From contig BK006938.2 of NCBI GenBank assembly GCA_000146045.2, forward strand, positions 960,001 through 1,024,000: a stretch of DNA of 64,000 bases, read 5' to 3'. The notes under the pieces were generated by a model. That model did not search any database. It had not been told where the DNA came from and saw nothing but the letters and a program-made list of their open reading frames with translations. This DNA comes from TPA_inf: Saccharomyces (lineage: Eukaryota). Positions 57,207-64,000 of the stretch are shown here, piece by piece. The position numbers and the translations under genes are program-made. Within the stretch, counting starts at the first letter, position 1, and each line of letters starts with the position of its first letter.

Positions 57207-57278
57207 CTCCGAAGCGGGGAGTCGAACCCCGGTCTCCACGGTGAGAACGTGATGTGATAGCCGTTACACTACATCGGA
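57207..57278 (-). tRNA. tE(CUC): tRNA-Glu (anticodon CUC)
   Basis: The reverse complement reads TCCGATGTAGTGTAACGGCTATCACATCACGTTCTCACCGTGGAGACCGGGGTTCGACTCCCCGCTTCGGAG. Anticodon loop TTCTCAC, T-loop GGTTCGACTCC. Confidence 0.9.
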
Positions 57279-58169
57279 TTGTACCTTGGTGATAGTTTGA
57301 CCTAAAAGAAACGTTCATTATGTAATGAAGAAAGCCAATTATTCGGTCGCAAATCAAGGTTCTGTTAGGGAATATGATTTTCTTTGACTCTCAATGAGTT
57401 CTCTTATGACTATTTAGGGGCTAAATTATTTGTTATGGCAATATTATTAGGTAGGAAAGATACGACTTTACTGAAATTGTTGGAAATACAAAAAGGAGCA
57501 GATCATTCCACATAATGATATCATTATTCCCTCTTTCATTTAAAAAATCACCGTTTTTATTTTATTAATTATCAGTCTCTGCATTTTCAGATTCTGTTAA
57601 ATTTGATAAATGTTTTTCGCCGTTTATAAAGTATTTTTGCATCATGTATGATAATGTATTAGTAATATGAAAACTGGTGTTATTAATAATCAGTGGTCAG
57701 GATGTAGTATTAGTTTGGAATAAAAGCAAATCTCCTCATGCTATATAAGAGGAATATAGAAAATACAGGCCAGTTGTTCTTATTAAACATGAACATAATA
57801 GTGGGTCTAGCAGTTACTATACATTTAAATTGGCGACTACTATTATTCGTACATTCGACTATAGCAGTATTTCCAATTAATGGATCTTTAACTCAGCTAT
57901 TATACTGTTTGAGTTCCTCGTTTAACATTTCCCTGTCCAACAGGGACTTAAAAGTATGTAGGGTTTGCATTAATATACAGTAGAGACACTTAAATTGTTA
58001 CTATAGTAACTCAAGTTACTATTCGTGAGAATATTGACTTATTATTCTTCATGAATAGTCGATTAGTAATCAAATGAAGTAATCAGATGTGCAATGCGTC
58101 TTTAATGTTTCAGACTGGAGAATGATACGTAGCTACATAATAATCTGGGTACAGTAAACTCAATGATCT

Positions 58170-58490
58170 ATTACCTGAATGATTAATCTGATGCTTGCAA
58201 TATAACAATTCATCTCGTGACATTAACCATAAGAATTACTCTCATCATTGCTATATCGGCAAGGTTTAATATGTCCAGTCGGAGTGTATTTTATATCTCT
58301 TTCTTTTAGAATAAGAATATCTGCTTTTATTCTTAATCAATACTACAACCTAACTACTAACTATCAACACTGTTAATTACGATTCGCTCCAACAAATTTG
58401 GTTTTGTGGATTCTTAAATTCTCGAGAAAAACTTCTAATATATCTTGTATACCAGATACTGTAGCCTTTAGCAACGATAGAATACGAACA
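58170..58490 (+). repeat. Degenerate delta-like solo LTR remnant upstream of tE(CUC)
   Basis: ...TTTTGTGGATTCTTAAATTCTCGAGAAAAACTTCTAATATATCTTGTATACCAGATACTGTAGCCTTTAGCAACGATAGAATACGAACAG aligns at about 75% identity with the 3' third of the Ty1/Ty2 LTR (TTTTATGGATTCCTAAATCCTCGAGGAGAACTTCTAGTATATCTACATACCTAATATTATAGCC...). Boundaries are approximate. Confidence 0.45.
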
Positions 58491-59367
58491 GTTCTCTTAA
58501 AATTCGCCTATTTCTCATACCGTTGCAGATATAACTAAAGTATTGACATTCAGTGACATCTGGCGCTGATATCATTATTTAACACACGTATGTTTGCGTG
58601 GCATTGTCATTTTTAAGAGCAGAGAAAGAAACAATGAGCTACTTGAGTGTGACAAGTTGAAAAGTCCACCAATTTCACGTTGAATTAGGATTCATATATG
58701 AAATTCTAGTCATTAATTAGAATTGTAAGTTTCTGAGCTTTTTTTTCCTAGTAAATTAAACTTGTCTAATACATCCAGTTGTGATGTATTCTATATCTCA
58801 GTTCTACAGTAGCACGAAGTTTCCCGGCCTCTCTATTCAATAAATTCAGCTATCGCTGATTATCAACAGCAGCAACGAATAAAGCATAAAAGAACAGAAA
58901 AATTCTTCTACAAATTTATTCTGTAAAGATTCAGCTTCTTTCGTGAATTTCTAAGTTCATGAGGGGAATTTAAGTATGGCGTTTCTTCGTAGCGCCATTG
59001 TCTTGAGCCAAAATGGAACTCTAAAAATTTTCACGACATTTTACTAGTCAGTAAAGTGAGCATATACATATAAGAAGAAATTTCAAAAGGTAAAAAATGG
59101 AGCAACTTCCAGCTCATTATCTTTTCAATGTTGTCGATGCCATAGTTGGATTATGAAATCTCATATTCATAACCACAACGCGTTTTTTTCCTTTTAAGGC
59201 ACTACAGACTCCATTCTCACAAGTTTGTCAAAAGCACGAGCGCGATGAGAATTAAAGTCAGATCTGGTTAATGATTCTGGTACAACAGCAGAAACAAATC
59301 GAGTACAAATTTAATCTTATTCTGTCGCAATAGTTGACTTTCTTTTCTGGCCTCTCGAACAAAAAGC

Positions 59368-60420
59368 ATGACCGTTTCCAACATTGGGGGGGAAGAACGA
59401 CTAATAATTTTACCAGACGATTATGAAACTTCGAAAACTATAAACACTTTTACACTGCCGCCACCTTCCAATATTACATCCAAACCTCGTATCGAGCTCT
59501 TCGAAAATATTAATGGAAAACTTTACGAAATAAGATCTTTTCAATTCGGCAAAGGGCCCTCGTATTCACATGAGGAAGATTTGGCAAATGATAAATATCA
59601 CTATACTAAGGAAAATCACCCGATCAAATCAACTTTCATTGTAAATACGTCTGATCCCACCGATGGTTATGTTTTTAACTCAAGCAAAATACACTTTTGT
59701 TCTTTATACGATATTGCTTTTAGTTTGATTGGATTTTACTATAGAAACAGTGTTTCAGCAGATGAACAAGATTACTCCAATTCAAGTGATACTGGTGAAA
59801 ACCAAAAAAGCAACAGCAAAACCAATGAGAAATTTCTTACGGTGCGTGATTACCATGATTTCTTAACGGATAACCATGACAAGAATTGGGAAAACATTTC
59901 TTTAAGTCGTCTCAAGAGTGGCTTAGCAAAAGTTAGTGAAACCATTGAGGAAGCTGGTGACGTCTATTACAAGATCACATCTGCAATGATAACACAATTT
60001 TTGTTAGGCAAGGTATCAAAAATTGTAGAAAACTTTCCTCCAAGTATCCCTACACTTAAAAATGCCCCAACGGAAATAAAACAGTGCTACAAGGTAGTTA
60101 TGGCTACAAATCTTTTAGTTTCCCTGATTCCAAGGGCGGCCTACCATAATTTACTTACCTTTTCACCTACAATGGATAGTGGTTGCCTAAATCCGGATAT
60201 AAAAGCTAGCTTCATAGAACTCGAAAACTACGAGACTACGAACGAATTACAGAATGCTGAAAGAGAATTACTGATGAAAAGTGCCATGAATGTAGGCCTA
60301 AATTCGAATGGCAGGGTTTCATTGCCAGTGAAAAAAGTTACCAAAAAAATAGTTCAAAATAAAAAACCAAAAGTAGCCATAGGAAAAGGGGCCATTGATG
60401 GATTTTTTAAACGTAAGTAG
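59368..60420 (+). CDS. RNH202: RNase H2 subunit B RNH202 (YDR279W), 350 aa
   Basis: 350-aa ORF with ATG start. Basic C-terminal tail. Position and length match RNH202. Confidence 0.75.
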   Translation: MTVSNIGGEERLIILPDDYETSKTINTFTLPPPSNITSKPRIELFENINGKLYEIRSFQFGKGPSYSHEEDLANDKYHYTKENHPIKSTFIVNTSDPTDGYVFNSSKIHFCSLYDIAFSLIGFYYRNSVSADEQDYSNSSDTGENQKSNSKTNEKFLTVRDYHDFLTDNHDKNWENISLSRLKSGLAKVSETIEEAGDVYYKITSAMITQFLLGKVSKIVENFPPSIPTLKNAPTEIKQCYKVVMATNLLVSLIPRAAYHNLLTFSPTMDSGCLNPDIKASFIELENYETTNELQNAERELLMKSAMNVGLNSNGRVSLPVKKVTKKIVQNKKPKVAIGKGAIDGFFKRK

Positions 60421-60746
60421 CTAGTATCATAATTAAACAGCAATTTGAATGCTATAACTCGGTGGTGATGACCTCAGTGCGAGATAATTACACAATATTG
60501 TCACTACCAACGAATGGGCTACCTTTTTTTTCCTTTCTCGAATTCAAGAAAAAATTAACAACTTTTCCCTCGATGATGTTAACAAATGTCTGAATATAAA
60601 GGAATAGGAAACGGTTGCTAGATTGTATTTACCTTACCAACTTTCAAGTTTTTTTTCTAACTTCCTAACTTTCAGTCTCGATACATTAATCAACAGGACG
60701 TAGTGATTGCAAAATTGTTCAGAATATACATTAGATTAAAAGACAA

Positions 60747-61664
60747 ATGGCCAAAGACATTGAGATATCCGCATCCGAGTCAAAATTTATCTTAGAAGCA
60801 CTGAGACAGAATTATAGGTTGGACGGCCGCTCCTTTGATCAATTTCGTGACGTGGAAATAACGTTTGGTAAAGAATTTGGTGATGTTAGCGTAAAAATGG
60901 GCAACACCAAAGTTCACTGCAGGATTAGTTGTCAAATAGCACAACCATACGAAGACAGGCCATTTGAAGGATTATTTGTAATATCTACAGAAATATCTCC
61001 TATGGCTGGTTCTCAATTTGAAAATGGAAATATCACGGGGGAAGATGAAGTTTTATGTTCAAGAATAATTGAAAAATCTGTTAGGCGGTCGGGCGCATTG
61101 GACGTGGAAGGACTATGTATCGTTGCTGGCAGTAAATGCTGGGCTGTGAGAGCTGATGTACATTTCCTGGATTGTGATGGTGGATTTATTGACGCTTCGT
61201 GTATTGCCGTCATGGCAGGATTGATGCATTTTAAGAAACCAGATATAACTGTCCATGGCGAGCAGATCATTGTTCATCCTGTTAATGAAAGAGAGCCAGT
61301 TCCACTAGGTATACTGCATATTCCAATATGTGTAACTTTTTCTTTCTTCAATCCTCAAGACACCGAGGAAAACATAAAAGGTGAGACTAACTCAGAAATT
61401 TCCATCATTGATGCAACATTGAAAGAGGAACTACTGCGAGATGGTGTATTGACGGTTACGCTAAACAAAAACCGTGAAGTGGTACAAGTTTCCAAAGCGG
61501 GTGGTTTACCAATGGATGCGTTGACGCTAATGAAATGTTGTCACGAGGCTTACAGCATTATTGAGAAAATAACTGATCAAATACTGCAGCTTTTAAAGGA
61601 GGATTCAGAAAAGAGAAACAAGTATGCAGCCATGCTTACATCTGAAAATGCCCGCGAGATCTAA
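60747..61664 (+). CDS. RRP45: Exosome RNase PH-like subunit RRP45 (YDR280W), 305 aa
   Basis: RNase PH domain fold signature (LRQNYRLDGRSFDQFRDVEI...). 305 aa. Confidence 0.85.
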   Translation: MAKDIEISASESKFILEALRQNYRLDGRSFDQFRDVEITFGKEFGDVSVKMGNTKVHCRISCQIAQPYEDRPFEGLFVISTEISPMAGSQFENGNITGEDEVLCSRIIEKSVRRSGALDVEGLCIVAGSKCWAVRADVHFLDCDGGFIDASCIAVMAGLMHFKKPDITVHGEQIIVHPVNEREPVPLGILHIPICVTFSFFNPQDTEENIKGETNSEISIIDATLKEELLRDGVLTVTLNKNREVVQVSKAGGLPMDALTLMKCCHEAYSIIEKITDQILQLLKEDSEKRNKYAAMLTSENAREI

Positions 61665-62006
61665 TATTAACGAAAAAACTGAAATAAAAGCAACGCTTAT
61701 ACATATACATGCATGCATTAATATATGTATATATATCGGTACGTATAGATTGTAAAATTACACTTACTACTAAAGGCAGTATGAAAGACGCCCGCAGTTT
61801 TTTTCCTACTGTTTTCTTGACTGCGGTGTTCAAAAACATAAAAATCATTAAATTACTATAAAACAAACGCATACTGCGAAGAAAAAAGGCTCGGCTATAA
61901 ATGCATATGAGAAAATATTATCTTTTGCCTCCCTGCTTAATTTCTGAAGGCATGTACTATCCAAAAGAAAAATCTTGAAAGAAAACAAATCCCATTATTC
62001 TTATTA

Positions 62007-62321
62007 TTAAAACAAAAACTTCGTCATCGTCATCACATAAAAAAGACCTACCATTGTCAAACTGTACAACAGCAACACAATAATAATGACGATGATGAGT
62101 TCCTCGAGAAACCCTAGAACGGCGTTATAACACTGTTTGAGGGTATTACTTTTTCCACTACTCTCGTGGCGCGGAAGACCTGCTTCCAAATCTACTGTGT
62201 AATCAATACACTTAACCTCCTCTCTCTCCCCTTGTGCGTCAGAAAACTCTGCCTGTCTTATTTCCTTCTCCTGTTGTCCTATTTTCAGTACATCATCGAT
62301 GCACCTCGAGGTATCTTCCAT
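62007..62321 (-). CDS. PHM6: PHM6 (YDR281C), phosphate-regulated small membrane protein, 104 aa
   Basis: 104 aa. C-terminal TM helix. A Pho4-type CACGTGGG motif lies about 275 bp upstream. Confidence 0.75.
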   Translation of the reverse strand: MEDTSRCIDDVLKIGQQEKEIRQAEFSDAQGEREEVKCIDYTVDLEAGLPRHESSGKSNTLKQCYNAVLGFLEELIIVIIIVLLLYSLTMVGLFYVMTMTKFLF

Positions 62322-62592
62322 CTTGGTGTCAGGTTGAAAAACAATTGCTGTCGTTTTTTTTTAGTTCAACAAGTTTGGTATGGCAGTTGACAAAAATTCT
62401 ATTTGGGCTGCAATGAATCAAAGTGTACAAACATCTGGTGAAATCGTTCAAGTTTTATACTGAATAGAAAACAAAAGATAAGGTTCTGCGCATCGCAAAT
62501 AATAAATTACTAGCGCGCCATACAAGAGACGAGTCTATTTTTTTCCGCCAGACGACACAAAAAAGAACCCGTGCAAATATTATATCCCACCT

Positions 62593-62600
62593 CCCACGTG
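62593..62600. promoter_or_regulatory. High-affinity Pho4-type E-box CACGTGGG (reverse strand) in the PHM6 promoter
   Basis: cccacgtg on the + strand is CACGTGGG on the - strand. PHM6 is transcribed on the - strand and the motif is about 275 bp 5' of the ATG. Confidence 0.55.
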
Positions 62601-63136
62601 TCAGCGAAGCTCGGAACTGCGTAACATTATAGGGCAGAACATCCAAATGGAAAAAGTAATAACACTATTTGCGATGTTAGTGGCCATCCTGCGTCGTTCG
62701 GATAGGTTAGGACGGGCTGATGAATATACGGGTGTAATAAAAATGACACCACGTTATCAGGGTTTTCATGACAGTGCAAACTAATATATGTCATATTATT
62801 TTAAGTGGGCTCATTTATTTACATGTTTATTTTTTATTGTAATTTGCGTATGTATCATTACACGCTAATGCACATTTGCACGTTCTAATAATGAAGGTCG
62901 TCCGTCATAAGCAATTAGGAAATGAGAAATCTTGATTTTATCGCTAAAAAACGCTTTCTCTTGTGGCAGGAGCAGATCTCTTACATATGTAGTTATTTAG
63001 TCGCTTCTAAGAGCCAGATCAGGTGCGTGGATTCATATAATATCCCTTTTTCAATAACAACGTTATAAGGAAACGTTGGGTAAAAGAATATTAATTACTG
63101 AGTGGAACTTTTTCTCATTGTTCTGTGTATATACAA

Positions 63137-63477
63137 TGTTGTATCTCAAAATGAGATATGTCAGTATGACAATACGTCATCCTAAACGTTCATAAAACAC
63201 ATATGAAACAACCTTATAACAAAACGAACAACATGAGATAAAACACGGCCTTCCCTAGCTGAACTACCCAAACGTATAAATGCTTGAACAATCAGTTTAG
63301 ATCCGAGATTCCGCGCTTCCACCACTTAGTATGATTCATATTTTATATAATACATAAGATAAGTAACATTCCGTGAATTAATCTGATAAACCGTTTTGAC
63401 AACTGGTTACTTCCCTAAGACTGTTTATATCAGGATTGTCAAGACACTCCGGTATTACTCGAGCCCGTAATACAACA
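63137..63477 (+). repeat. Ty3 sigma solo LTR (341 bp)
   Basis: TGTTGTATCTCAAAATGAGATATGTCAGTATGACAATACGTCA...CGAGCCCGTAATACAACA is near-identical to canonical sigma end to end. Confidence 0.9.
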
Positions 63478-63510
63478 TACAAAAGTAACTCTTATTTACA
63501 AAAAAATCTC

Positions 63511-64000
63511 TTACTTTGTAGCATCTAGATCATCATTCGTGGGTTCTGAGCAGTAGGAAGAATATTTCTGGTAGAAATGATAAATTTCAAAGCACAGTTC
63601 GAAAGCAATCAGGTATATAATTATCCATTCCAAAAAAGTGCTGTTTCTCTCGTTTAAAAGAGAGATGAGGGCTCGACACTCGTCCGTAGAATAGTCCAGC
63701 TTGCTGTTCAGAATATTTATTCTTGGGCCTATGTCCAAATACCTCGAAACATTTTTAAAAATCTCTTCCAATTGAGGTTCACTCCAATAAAGATCAGGGG
63801 TCTCAATTAGTTCTGAATAGAGGTTCAACTTTCCTCTAATTAGAAAAAGGCGGCCTATTGACTTTAATGCATCACTTGACCTTAGATTTAACTTTGTTCC
63901 CTTAGAAATATTTTCTGTTATTGTTCTGGTCTTTGATATATGTTTTTCCATTGCTTCTTCTAGGACTGCCAAGTTGGTGCTTCTCGATAGCCCACTTGAG
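63511..64000 (-). CDS. C-terminal part of YDR282C; the ORF continues past the window edge
   Basis: Stop at 63511. The reading frame is open to the end of the window. Position matches YDR282C. Confidence 0.6.
   Translation of the reverse strand, partial: SSGLSRSTNLAVLEEAMEKHISKTRTITENISKGTKLNLRSSDALKSIGRLFLIRGKLNLYSELIETPDLYWSEPQLEEIFKNVSRYLDIGPRINILNSKLDYSTDECRALISLLNERNSTFLEWIIIYLIAFELCFEIYHFYQKYSSYCSEPTNDDLDATK

Noticed and set aside
63376-63477. tRNA-like candidate considered next to the first 232 bp of sigma
   Set aside because: This stretch (TTCCGTGAATTAATCTGATAAACCGTTTTGACAACTGG...CGAGCCCGTAATACAACA) is the 3' third of the 341-bp sigma LTR itself. It has no T-loop and no cloverleaf.
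1-64000. Search for a novel defence-type or otherwise undescribed system
   Set aside because: The whole window is colinear with a well-characterised yeast chromosomal segment. Every large ORF has a recognisable eukaryotic housekeeping identity. The only unusual content is transposon-derived.

Overview
This window reads as Saccharomyces cerevisiae chromosome IV, right arm, running from YDR251W (PAM1) to the 3' end of YDR282C. About 30 protein-coding genes occur in the same order and at the same lengths as the reference. The genes are PAM1, BTT1, MET32, CHL4, RMD5, CTA1, RKM4/SET7, HSP78, YAP6, SWM1, EXG2, YDR262W, DIN7, AKR1, PEX10, HEL2, CIA1, MSW1, CCC2, GLO2, DON1, BSC2, PMP3, MTH1, RNH202, RRP45, PHM6 and the C-terminus of YDR282C. 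There are three tRNA genes: tS(AGA), tG(GCC) and tE(CUC). The main structural feature is an 11.7-kb retrotransposon cluster between the divergent tS(AGA) and tG(GCC) genes. A full-length Ty2 on the + strand and a deletion-bearing Ty1 on the - strand sit tail-to-tail. Each inserted independently, with its own 5-bp target-site duplication, into one older solo delta LTR. That delta can be rebuilt from three separated fragments. Other features are delta-like LTR remnants upstream of tE(CUC) and a complete Ty3 sigma LTR with no tRNA partner at the usual 16-19 bp. Recognisable cis elements include a 4-unit HSE at HSP78, an ORE at CTA1, a Pho4-type CACGTGGG at PHM6 and CGGANNA motifs at MTH1. BSC2 has an unusually long stop-free in-frame extension after its stop codon. 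Gene names come from recalled protein lengths, motifs and chromosomal order, not from a database search. I found no prokaryote-style or otherwise undescribed system here; the interesting material is transposon architecture and regulatory motifs. The supplied ORF track allows non-ATG starts (TTG/GTG), so several N-termini were trimmed to the first ATG.
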